From assembly GCA_963812745.1 (NCBI GenBank), contig CAWEWE010000005.1, forward strand, positions 4,813 to 68,812: a stretch of DNA of 64,000 bases. The letters are read 5' to 3'. The first letter of the stretch is position 1. Every line of letters starts with the position of its first letter. Below the pieces are notes generated by a model that worked only from the letters and a program-made list of their open reading frames with translations, searched no databases and was not told where the DNA came from. The translations under genes and the position numbers were made by a program. The stretch is from an uncultured Chloroflexia bacterium. GTDB taxonomy: Bacteria > Chloroflexota > Limnocylindria > Limnocylindrales > CSP1-4. This document shows positions 31,313-41,845 of the stretch, one piece after another.

Positions 31313-33475
31313 ATGGGAACCGATCGCGCACGCCGCTCCCGGATGCTCGCCACGCTGGCGACCGCCGGCCTGCTGGCGGTGGTGGCCGTGTTCGTGCCGC
31401 CGACGGTCGGGACCGTGCACGCCGCCGACGACTTCCTGCGCGTCTCGGCCGCTACCACCTATCGCGTCGACACCGGCGATCGGCTCGTCCGCGTCCGGAT
31501 CGATTTCACGATGACGAATCTGCGACCGAACAGCGTGCGTCGGACGTCGCTCGGCACGACGACCACCCGCTACTACTTCGACCGGCTGCTGTTCGCGGTC
31601 CCCACGGAGGCCCGCTCGCTCGTGTCGACGTCCGGTGGGTCGCGACTGGGGACAGCCGTCCGTGCTCGGGCTCGATACCGCGAGGTGACGGTCCGCTTCC
31701 CGAACCTGTTCTATCGCGCGTCCCGCTCCGTCCGCGTGGAGTTCACGCTGCCGGGCGGCAAGCCACGCACGGCCAGCGACATCCGGGTCGGCTCGGCCTT
31801 CACGACGTTCACGGCATGGGCGTGGGGTGACGCGGGCCGCTCGACGGTCCGCATCTTCCTGCCGAAAGGTTTCGTCGACGCCGGGTACGGGACGGACGTG
31901 AGGCAGCAGACCCGACCAGACCGTGTGGAGCTGTCCAGCGGCACGATCCGCGACCCCGACGAGTGGTACCGCGTGGTCATCGCCGATCGGCCGTCCGCGT
32001 TGACCGATCTGCGCATCGAGCCCGATGGGCGAGGCGTCGTCGTCAAGGCCTGGCCCGAGGACACCGTCTGGCGCGACCGGGTTGCCGACGTGCTGGAGAA
32101 GGGTCTGCCCGTCCTCGAGGAGATGATCGGCTTGCCGTGGCCGATCAGCGGCGATCTCACGGTCAGCGAGGTCCACACCCCGCTCCTCCACGGCTACGCC
32201 GGGTTCTACGACGCCAAGACCGACGACATCACGATGAGCGAGGACCTCGACGATCAGACGATCCTCCATGAGGCGTCGCACGCATGGTTCAACGGCGATC
32301 TGGTGCGCGATCGCTGGATCGACGAGGGGCTCGCGGAGTACTACGCCGACCGGGCGCGCGCGAAGCTCGGTCTCTCGGACGAATTCGCGCCGACGGTCGT
32401 CGAGCCGACCGATGCCGGCGCGTTCCCGTTGAATGCATGGCCCGATCCGGGCCGCATAGAGGACGAGAAGACCGACGCGCAGGAGCGCTTCGGCTACGGC
32501 GCGGCGTACACGGTCATCCGGCGCATCGCGCAGGACATCGGCGACGACGGGATGCGGGCCGTTCTGGCCGCTGCTGACGCCGGCGAGAACCCGTATGTGG
32601 GCGACGAGGGACCCGAGAAGACCGGCGCCCGCTCGGACTGGCGGCGGTTCCTCGATCTCGTCGAGGAGCGCGGCGACACCGACACCGCCGATGACCTCTT
32701 CAGCCGCTGGGTCGTGCCGCCGGCCGAGCGGGGGATGCTCACGACCCGCGAGCGGGCGCGCGAGGCGTACGCCGCGCTGGATACGGCCGGCGCCGAATGG
32801 GCCGTGCCGCGTGGCGTCCGCGCGCACATGAGCCTGTGGCGGTTCGACGATGCCACGGAGCTGATGGATGCGGTCGAACCGGTACTGACGTTGCGCGACG
32901 AGCTGACCGGTGCGACCGCGGATCTGCAACTCGAGACGCCGCCCGACATCGAGAAGCCGTTCGAGGAAGCGGTCACCGACAAGGATCTCGACGAGGTCGA
33001 GGCCACGATCCAGGCGCGCCTCGACGCGGCGACGGCGGTGCTCGGCGCACGTGGCGCGCTCGCCACGGAGCGCACGCCGCTCGCCGCGCTCGGCCTCGTC
33101 GGGGAGACGCCCGATGGCGGCTACGTCGCGGCCAGGTCGGCGCTCGAAGGCGGGGACGTCGCGGGCGCCGCGGCTGGGGCCGCGACGACCATGTCGCTCC
33201 TCGCCGGCGCCGAATCGATCGGCACGACGCGCGCCATCGTCATCGCCGCGGTCATCGTCGGGTTGGTGCTCCTGCTGGCCGTCCTGATCGTCGTGCGCCG
33301 GCGTCGCCGCGGCCGCCTCGCGCTCGCGGGCGGACCGGTCCTCGAGAGCACCGCGGCGAACGCATCGACTACACTCCCGGCCACGCCGGAGCCGGCGGGC
33401 GTCGTCGGACCTGAGGTCGCACCTGAGGTCGCGCCGACGCCGAGCCAGACCGCACCAGGAGCCGAGCCGGACTGA
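31313..33475 (+). CDS. Paralogous secreted, C-terminally anchored M1-like gluzincin metallopeptidase (HEASH...E)
   Basis: Same architecture as the upstream gene (ILHEASHAWFNGDLVRDRWIDEGLAEYY, C-terminal TM plus RRRRR). It is preceded by an AAAGGGAG ribosome-binding site. Confidence 0.65.
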   Translation: MGTDRARRSRMLATLATAGLLAVVAVFVPPTVGTVHAADDFLRVSAATTYRVDTGDRLVRVRIDFTMTNLRPNSVRRTSLGTTTTRYYFDRLLFAVPTEARSLVSTSGGSRLGTAVRARARYREVTVRFPNLFYRASRSVRVEFTLPGGKPRTASDIRVGSAFTTFTAWAWGDAGRSTVRIFLPKGFVDAGYGTDVRQQTRPDRVELSSGTIRDPDEWYRVVIADRPSALTDLRIEPDGRGVVVKAWPEDTVWRDRVADVLEKGLPVLEEMIGLPWPISGDLTVSEVHTPLLHGYAGFYDAKTDDITMSEDLDDQTILHEASHAWFNGDLVRDRWIDEGLAEYYADRARAKLGLSDEFAPTVVEPTDAGAFPLNAWPDPGRIEDEKTDAQERFGYGAAYTVIRRIAQDIGDDGMRAVLAAADAGENPYVGDEGPEKTGARSDWRRFLDLVEERGDTDTADDLFSRWVVPPAERGMLTTRERAREAYAALDTAGAEWAVPRGVRAHMSLWRFDDATELMDAVEPVLTLRDELTGATADLQLETPPDIEKPFEEAVTDKDLDEVEATIQARLDAATAVLGARGALATERTPLAALGLVGETPDGGYVAARSALEGGDVAGAAAGAATTMSLLAGAESIGTTRAIVIAAVIVGLVLLLAVLIVVRRRRRGRLALAGGPVLESTAANASTTLPATPEPAGVVGPEVAPEVAPTPSQTAPGAEPD

Positions 33476-34525
33476 ATGGGCATCGAGCGGGCAGGACCGT
33501 CCCACGAGATCCTGTCGGGCGACTCAGCCGACGTCTATTTCGCGCGCGCCGACAGCATCCTGGCGGCCGAAGGCCTCGATCCGATCGTGACCATGGAGGT
33601 CTTCACGCGCCGCGAGGCGGTCCTGTGCGGCATCGACGAGGCCAAGAACCTGCTGGGGCACGTGCTCGCGGAGTGCGATCCGCACGAGACGACGGTCGAG
33701 GCGCTCGATGACGGCGACCGGATCGGGCCGCGCGAGGTCGTGCTCCGGATCCGCGCCCGCTATCGGCGGTTCGGGTTGTACGAGACGGCGTTGCTCGGGA
33801 TGCTCGCCCAGTCGACCGGCTGGGCGACGGCGGCTCGCGAGATCGTCGATGTCGCCGCGCCGGAACCGGTGATCAGCTTCGGGGCGCGGCATGTCCACCC
33901 GGACATCACCGACGTGCTCGATTACGCGGCGATCGTCGGCGGCTGCGTCGGTGCGTCGACGCCGGCCGGGGCGCGGCTCGCCGGTCTCGCCCCGACCGGG
34001 ACGATGCCCCACTCGCTGGTGCTGATCTTCGGCGATACGGTGGAGGCGGCCCTGGCGTTCGACCGCCATCTCGGGCCGGACGTCGCCCGGATCGTGCTGG
34101 TCGACACGTTCAAGGACGAGGCGGAGGAGGCCCTCCGGGTCGCGCATGCGCTCGGCGATCGGCTGTACGGCATCCGCCTCGACACGCCGTCCGAGCGGGG
34201 GCGCGTCACGGCCGACCTGGTCCACGAGGTCAGGGCCAGGCTGGACATGGAGGGCTACCAGCACGTGCGGATCGTGGTGTCGGGCGGCCTCGACCTCGAC
34301 CGCGTCCGCTATTTCAAGGAGGCGGGGGCGCCGGTCGACTCGTACGCGGTCGGGTCGTACATCAGCGGGGCGACGCCGATCGATTTCACCGGCGACATCA
34401 AGGAGATCGACGGACGGCCGATCGCCAAGCGCGGCCGGATCCCCGGCACGACTCAATCGCCGCGGCTCAAGCCGGTCGACCTCGCCGCATACCGGCAATT
34501 GGTCGCCGACGCCGTCACCGGGTAG
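33476..34525 (+). CDS. Nicotinate phosphoribosyltransferase family protein (NAPRTase/QAPRTase-like)
   Basis: ATG immediately after the upstream stop. The protein carries typical type-II PRTase fold motifs. Confidence 0.6.
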   Translation: MGIERAGPSHEILSGDSADVYFARADSILAAEGLDPIVTMEVFTRREAVLCGIDEAKNLLGHVLAECDPHETTVEALDDGDRIGPREVVLRIRARYRRFGLYETALLGMLAQSTGWATAAREIVDVAAPEPVISFGARHVHPDITDVLDYAAIVGGCVGASTPAGARLAGLAPTGTMPHSLVLIFGDTVEAALAFDRHLGPDVARIVLVDTFKDEAEEALRVAHALGDRLYGIRLDTPSERGRVTADLVHEVRARLDMEGYQHVRIVVSGGLDLDRVRYFKEAGAPVDSYAVGSYISGATPIDFTGDIKEIDGRPIAKRGRIPGTTQSPRLKPVDLAAYRQLVADAVTG

Positions 34526-34599
34526 CACGCGGCGCGGGCCATTCGCCGAGGCGGAGCGTCCGAGGCCCCATTCCGCGGGTTCGTGCGACGATAAATCCC

Positions 34600-35010
34600 G
34601 TGGACGACCACATCCTCGACGACGAGCCCCAGCCGGAGTCGGCATACGACCTGCTCCAGCGCGGACAGGCGCTGCTCGCCTCGCGGCACCATGCCCAGGC
34701 GGCGATCGTGCTCGAGCGCGCCGACCGGCTCGAGCCCGGCAAGGCATCGATCCTCGAGGCCCTCGGGCGGGCGTACTTCAACTCCGGGCAGCCCGAGGCC
34801 GCCAGGGCGACGTTCGAGCGCGTCCTCGAGCTCGACCCGTCCGCGCCGTACGCGCACTTCGCGCTCGGTCAGAGCCTGAAGCGGCTCGGCCGTCGCGAGG
34901 AGGCCGGCACGCACCTGCGGATGGCCTGTGCGCTCAGCCCGGAGTCGTCCCTCTATCGCGACGCGCTGGCCCGGCTCGGTGATGCGGCGCGACCCAGGCG
35001 AGCGCGTTAG
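34600..35010 (+). CDS. TPR-repeat protein
   Basis: Three TPR-like repeats (ALGRAYFNSGQPEAA...); GTG start. Confidence 0.55.
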   Translation: MDDHILDDEPQPESAYDLLQRGQALLASRHHAQAAIVLERADRLEPGKASILEALGRAYFNSGQPEAARATFERVLELDPSAPYAHFALGQSLKRLGRREEAGTHLRMACALSPESSLYRDALARLGDAARPRRAR

Positions 35011-35632
35011 CCCGCCGGATCGGCGTCCATCACCCGCGCGAGCCAGAACAAGCCGACGATCGATTTGGCGTCGCGGATCTCGCCGCGTTCGGCGGCCGCG
35101 ACCGCGTCGCGCCAGGGTCGCCATTCGAGGATGAGCCGCTCGTCCTCGTCGGGCCCGAGCCGCCCATCTTCCGCCGGCGACGTGAGATCGGTCGCGAGAT
35201 ACAGGTGCATCAGCTCGTCGGTGAAGCCGGGCGCCGAGTAGAAGGCACCGAGCTTCCGCCACGTCCCGGCGCGCACCCCGGTCTCCTCCTCCAGCTCGCG
35301 CCGGGCCGCGACCGCCGGGTCCTCTTTCGAACCGTCCGCCGCGATGTCGAGGCCGCCGGCCGGGATCTCGAGCAGGGCGTCGTCGGCGGCGAGTCGCCAC
35401 TGGCGGACGAGCGCCACGCGACCCTCGGCATCGAGCGCCACGATCGCCACGGCGCCGGGATGGCCCGCGAAGTCGCGGACGGCCCGAGAGCCATCGGCCC
35501 GTTCGACGGTGTCGACCCGGAACTCCAGGAACGCGCCGCGATGGAGGACCCGCCGATCGACGACGCGCTCGCGCAGATCGGCCCCGGAGTCGTCCTCCGG
35601 GGCCGTCGGCTGCTCGGTCGGACGCTGCTCGC

Positions 35633-35636
<4 letters not shown>
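35007..35636 (-). CDS. NUDIX hydrolase (ADP-ribose pyrophosphatase-like)
   Basis: Nudix box (AARRELEEETGV). N-terminal homology (VLHRGAFLEFRVDTVERADG...GHPGAV) continues in-frame upstream of the annotated GTG at 35450 with no canonical start. A CTG overlapping the upstream TGA is the only candidate. Confidence 0.6.
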
Positions 35637-36742
<1,106 letters not shown>

Positions 36743-36915
36743 GGGCGCAGCCTCCGGCCTGTTCCACCATCGCGGGTCCATGCATCCAGTCGCCGAGGCG
36801 ATGTCCCGCGCGGGAGCGGGACGCGGACGGACCCCGTACGTGGCGACGCAGGGTCTCGCATCGTACGGTCGGGCGGGGTCGGGCGCAACGGTCAAGGAGA
36901 GGTGCCCCGGCTGCG

Positions 36916-37088
36916 CTTGGAACGCCCCATGTTCCAAGCGGCGAAGGAACCGACGAGAACCGGGGTACTTCAAGCCGTCGTTCGCCATTTGGAACCCGTA
37001 GATGTTCCAAATGGCGTCTGGGTGGGTGGAATCGCGCCCCATCTTCGTCAGTTGGAACATCGTGATGTTCCAGCCGCGCCGCTGGAAC
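36916..37088. promoter_or_regulatory. Array of three palindromic operator-like sites (TTGGAAC-N7/8-GTTCCAA) plus a half-site in a divergent intergenic region
   Basis: Full sites at 36916-36938, 36986-37013 (perfect 10-bp arms CATTTGGAAC/GTTCCAAATG) and 37052-37072, with a half-site at 37083-37088. They stand out as AT-rich in GC-rich DNA. Confidence 0.6.
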
Positions 37089-37098
37089 CGTGTTCGCG

Positions 37099-37923
37099 AT
37101 GCCGTCGTACCATCGACCGACGATGGAGCACACGATCGACGTCACCCGCCGCTCGTTCCTGATCCACGCGGGCCGCGGCACGATCGCTCTGGCGGTCCTC
37201 AGCGTCGCAGGTTGTGGTCCGTCCGCCGTGGCCTCGGCACTGCCGTCGGATGGACAGCCGTCCACATCGCCTGAGCCGTCTCCTGGTGAGTCGGGGGCCG
37301 GGGCGTCAAGTCCGCCGCCGTCCGCATCGACTGGCGGCGTGGTTTGGGAGCGCGTAAACCTCGGCTTCGTGTCGGCCTACATCCTCGCCCGCGGAGGCGA
37401 AGCGGCGATCGTGGATACAGGAGTGGCGGGCAAACGCGACGCGATCGGCGATGTCCTGGCCGCGGCGGGCCTCGCCTGGAACGCGGTCGGGCACGTGATC
37501 CTCACCCACAAGCACGGCGACCATGCCGGCAGCATCGCCAGCGTCCTGCAGGCGGCCGCCGACGCGAGCGTCTATGCGGGCGAGGCCGACATCCCGGGCA
37601 TCGATTCGCCCAAGCCGATCACCGCCGTCGCCGATGGCGATACGGTGTTCGGCATGCGGATCGTCGCTACGCCCGGTCACACGGCCGGCCACGTCGCCGT
37701 GCTGGACGAGGGAGCTCGCATCCTGGTCGCCGGCGATGCGCTCGGGACGGTCGGTGGCACGCTCGCCGGCTCGAACCCGTCCTTCACCGAGGATGCCGCG
37801 GCGGCCAACGCGTCGGTGGCCAAGCTGGGCGCGCTCGAATTCGACGTCCTGCTCCCCGGTCATGGCGAGCCGATCCTCGAAGGGGCATCCACCCAGGTCG
37901 CGGCGCTGGCCGCCGCCAGCTGA
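37099..37923 (+). CDS. MBL-fold metallo-hydrolase, Tat-exported lipoprotein
   Basis: Twin-arginine signal RRSFLIHAGRGTIALAVLSVAGC with a lipobox, an HKHGDHAG metal-binding motif, and GH/GD motifs. Confidence 0.7.
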   Translation: MPSYHRPTMEHTIDVTRRSFLIHAGRGTIALAVLSVAGCGPSAVASALPSDGQPSTSPEPSPGESGAGASSPPPSASTGGVVWERVNLGFVSAYILARGGEAAIVDTGVAGKRDAIGDVLAAAGLAWNAVGHVILTHKHGDHAGSIASVLQAAADASVYAGEADIPGIDSPKPITAVADGDTVFGMRIVATPGHTAGHVAVLDEGARILVAGDALGTVGGTLAGSNPSFTEDAAAANASVAKLGALEFDVLLPGHGEPILEGASTQVAALAAAS

Positions 37924-37931
37924 GGAGACGC

Positions 37932-38865
37932 ATGCAGACCCAGCCCGCTCTCCGTGTCGCGCGCGACCGCTTCCACCTCGCCTGGGATCCGGCGATCCCG
38001 GCGATCGAGACCGTCGACGACGGCGCCGTCGTCGAGTTCGACATGCTCGACGCCTCGGGCGGCCAGCTGACCGCGAGCTCGACGGTCGATGACCTCGCGA
38101 AGCTCGACTTCGACCGCGTCGACCAGGTCAACGGGCCGATCGCGGTCCGCGGCGCCGAGCCCGGTGACACGCTCCAGATCGACTTGCTCGAGTTCGAGCC
38201 AGCCGATTGGGGCTGGACCGCGAGCATCCCCGGTTTCGGCCTGCTGGCGGATCAGTTCCCCGATCCGTACCTCCGGATCACGATGCGTGCCGGGTGCCGG
38301 CGAGCGCGCCGAGTTCCTGCCCGGGGTCCGCGTACCGATCGTCCCGTTCTGCGGCGAGGTGGGCGTGGCGCCGGAGACCGGCCCGCGGTCGACCATCCCG
38401 CCCGACCTCCACGGCGGGAACATGGACACGCGCCATCTCATCGCCGGCTCGACGCTGTTCCTGCCCGTGTTCCACGACGGCGCACGGCTGTCGATGGGCG
38501 ACGGCCACGCCGCGCAGGGCGACGGCGAGGTATGCGGCACCGCCATCGAGACACCGATGCGCGCGGTCGTCCGCCTGACCGTGCGCAAGGACCTCCACCT
38601 GACCGGTCCCGAGTTCCTGAGTGCCGACGTCGAGGCGACGCCGACCGGTCGCCGCTACGCGACCGACGGCATCGGCCCGGACCTCAACGGCGCGGCACGC
38701 GATGCCGTGAGCCGGATGATCGACTGGCTCGGGCGCGAGCACGGCCTCGCCCCGATCGACGCCTATCTGCTGACGAGCGTCGCGATCGACCTACGGATCA
38801 GTGAGATCGTCGACATGCCGAACGTCGTCGTCACGGCGCACTGCCCGCTGTCGCTCTTCGATTAG
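37932..38865 (+). CDS. Acetamidase/formamidase family protein (FmdA_AmdA), one frameshift
   Basis: The ATG follows a GAGGAG ribosome-binding site. The two halves sit in different frames, changing near 38290; the C-terminal half carries HGGNMD and DGEVCGTAIE motifs. Confidence 0.65.
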
Positions 38866-38906
38866 GGCGTCGGCGGCCGTCGGGTGACGGCCGCCGTTTT
38901 GTCGGG

Positions 38907-40370
38907 TCAGGTCTCGGTCATCACGTCGCCGACCCGCTCGATGGTCGATGCGCTCCGGGATCGCAGCACGACGTATAGGAGGACGCCGGCGATCATCCAG
39001 ATGGCGACTAGCGGGGGCACCACGTTGTAGGGCGACGCCAGCGGCGTCAGCGGGATGTTCAGGATCGGGATCGTCAACCCACCCAGGACTCCGAGGAATG
39101 CCGGGATCAGCAGGATCACCCCGATGATCGGGATCACAACGTGCTTCAGCACATTGAACTCCGCTCGACCTTCGCCAAGGTAGTAGCCGATAGCCGCGAT
39201 GTTCACCGCGATGTACATCCCGGCGAACAGCAACCCCAGCGAGTAACCGATGAAGATGTAGGTCGTCAGCGGTCCGCCGGTCGTCACGTCCTTGAACAAC
39301 AGACCTAGGCCGACCGCGAGGACGATCCCCAGGATGCCCTGGAGGTGGACCGCGTTGACGGGCGTCCGGTACGACGGGTGGACCTCGGCCAAGGCCGCCG
39401 GCAGGATCCGGGCCCTGCCCAGCGCGAAGATCGCCCTGGTCGACGCATTGGCGCCGGCGTTGGCATTGGCGAGCGAGCTGTTCAGGATCGCGAACGTGAT
39501 CAGCAACGACCCGATGCCCGGCAGCACTTCGTTCGCCATGCCGCCCCACGGATCGCCCTCGTGCGCTGTTAGGAACCCGCTCATGTTTTCCGGTCCGAAG
39601 TAGACCGTCGCCGCGTAGTAGCAGAACACGTAGAAGATGCCGATCAGCAGCGCTGACCAGATGACTGCCTGGCGGATGGTCCGTTTCGGATCACGCGTTT
39701 CCTCGGCCAGCGGGGCTGCCGCCTCGAATCCAACGAAGGCGAGCAGGCAGAAGACCATGCCCTGCAGCGCTGGCAGGAGACCTTGGTCGCCGGGGATGAA
39801 TACGGAGACCGTGTTGCGGGACCCGGCGTTGACGATCAGGAGCAGCGAGATCAGAAGGAAGATGCCGATCTCGATCAGGCCCAGCGCGACGCCGACGCGC
39901 GTCGAGATCGTGATGCCGCGATAGACGAGGAACCAGACGATCAGACCGCAAAGCACGGCCAACGGCAGCCAGAGGAGATCGTTGGTGTACCCGGTGATGG
40001 TCGTGATGAACGCGGCGCCAAACAACCCGAAGGACGCGTACAGAGCGGCCGGAACGATCGGCTCCGCGAGCAGGAACGCCCAGGCCATCAGCCAACCAGC
40101 GAATGAGCCAAGGCCACGGGCGACGTACGTGTACATGCCGCCGGCCGACGGCAGGTGTCGTGCGAGCTCGCCCATCGAGTAGGCGGTGAAGAGCGCAGCG
40201 ACGAGCGCGAGCACGACGGCGAGTGGGGTGATGCCGGCGGCGAATGACGTCGCGGCCCCGATGGACAGCGCCGTGGCGACCGCGGGCGCCATATGGGTGA
40301 TGGACTGGAACAGGACCTCGGTCAGCCCGATCGCGTTGCGCTCGAGACTGGAGTCGGTCGTGGACGCCAC
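38907..40370 (-). CDS. Amino acid/polyamine APC-family permease
   Basis: 487-aa, 12-TM ORF with APC-family consensus (GIFYVFCYYA, an FAEL-like motif). Confidence 0.75.
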   Translation of the reverse strand: MASTTDSSLERNAIGLTEVLFQSITHMAPAVATALSIGAATSFAAGITPLAVVLALVAALFTAYSMGELARHLPSAGGMYTYVARGLGSFAGWLMAWAFLLAEPIVPAALYASFGLFGAAFITTITGYTNDLLWLPLAVLCGLIVWFLVYRGITISTRVGVALGLIEIGIFLLISLLLIVNAGSRNTVSVFIPGDQGLLPALQGMVFCLLAFVGFEAAAPLAEETRDPKRTIRQAVIWSALLIGIFYVFCYYAATVYFGPENMSGFLTAHEGDPWGGMANEVLPGIGSLLITFAILNSSLANANAGANASTRAIFALGRARILPAALAEVHPSYRTPVNAVHLQGILGIVLAVGLGLLFKDVTTGGPLTTYIFIGYSLGLLFAGMYIAVNIAAIGYYLGEGRAEFNVLKHVVIPIIGVILLIPAFLGVLGGLTIPILNIPLTPLASPYNVVPPLVAIWMIAGVLLYVVLRSRSASTIERVGDVMTET

Positions 40371-40436
40371 AGAAGACCCTCCTCTCCCTCAGCCCCCTCC
40401 GTCCCCCTCCGGGCGCCGCTACTATGCCGCCACGCC

Positions 40437-41845
40437 ATGCAGACGGCAATGGAATCCGCGAGATCGATCGACTCGCCACGGCAGGCCGCCGATACCGTGG
40501 CCCGGCTGGCGGGACTCGGTGCCGACGCGCTGTGGGTCGTCTACCACGACTACGCCGGCCTCGGTCGGGCGAAGGCGGTGCCGAAGGGTCGGTTCGAGGA
40601 GGTCGCGCGGGACGGCGTCACCTTCGCGATGGCGAACTGGGACCTCGCGATCACCGATGAGCAGGTCCCGCACCCGGAGTTCGGGGCGGATTCCGGGGAT
40701 TTCCGCGCCGTCCCCGATCCCGCGGCGCTGGTCGCACTCCCGCATCGGCCCGGCGTGGCGCAGGCGTTCGCGAACCTGACCGACGATGCCGGTGTCGCGT
40801 GGCCCGGCGATCCGCGGGCGCTCCTCGCCGCCCAGGTCGAACGCCTGGAGCAGCTCGGCGTCGCTGTGCAGGTGGCCTTCGAGGCGGAGTTCGTGCTGGT
40901 ATCGGGCGCGGACCCGGCGGCGCTCCACGCCGACAGCGGGCGCATGTTCGCTGTCGAGGGGCTCGATGCGCAGTGGCCATTGGGTGCCCGCATCCTGGCC
41001 GATCTCGACGCGACCGGCATCGCCGTCCACCAGTTCGCCAAGGAGTACGGCCCGGGCCAGTTCGAGGTGAGCCTGCTGCCCACGCAGCCCCTGGCCGCCG
41101 CCGACCGGTACCTGCTCGCCCGCCAGCTCATCCGCCGCTGGCGCGGGAGGCCGGCGCGACGGCGTCGTTCATGCCGAAGCCGTACGCCGACCTGCCGGGC
41201 AACGGCCTCCACGTCCACCTCGGGCTGGCTCGTGCCGACGATCCGGGGACCGATCTGATCGCCGATGCTGACGACCCGGACCGGCTCGCCGCGACGGCCG
41301 GGCCGCCGATCGCCGGGCTGCTCGCGCACGCGGCCGGCCAGTCCGCGCTGTCCTCGCCGACACCGAACTCCTACAAGCGGCTGTTGCCGGGCTCGTGGGC
41401 GCCTGCCCATGTGTGCTGGGCGATGGGCAACCGGTCTGCGCTCGTCCGGGTGCCCGGTCGAGGGGCCGGCCGACACCTCGAGGTCCGTGGCGGGGATGCC
41501 GCGATGAACCCGTACCTCCACCTGGCCGGCCTGCTCGCCGCGATCGCCGACGGCGTGGAACGGGAGCTGGAGCTCCCGGCCGAGGCACGCGTCGACGTCG
41601 GCCACCTGAGCGACGACGACGCGCAGGACGCCGGGTTCGCGCGACTGCCGGGCGACCTCGCGGCGGCCCTGGATGCGTTCGAGGCCGACGACGTGTTGGG
41701 GGCGGCCGTCGGATCGATCGTCGCGCGGCACTATGTCGATGTGAAGCGGTTCGAGTGGGCGATGTACCTGGAACGTTCCGGGATGGACGCGGCGTCGACC
41801 GAGGTTTCCGACTGGGAACGCGACACCTACTTCGGATGTCTGTAG
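40437..41845 (+). CDS. Glutamine synthetase family protein (type III/GlnA-like gamma-glutamyl-amine ligase), one frameshift
   Basis: Glutamine synthetase catalytic motifs NSYKRL and GNRSALVRVP. An N-terminal beta-grasp domain lies in an adjacent frame, with the shift near 41145. Confidence 0.7.

Noticed and set aside
36833-36867. CCGTACG ... CGTACGG inverted repeat upstream of the MsiK-like gene.
   Set aside because: The arms are short and partly self-palindromic (CGTACG), and the repeat does not recur elsewhere in the window. It is probably a chance match.
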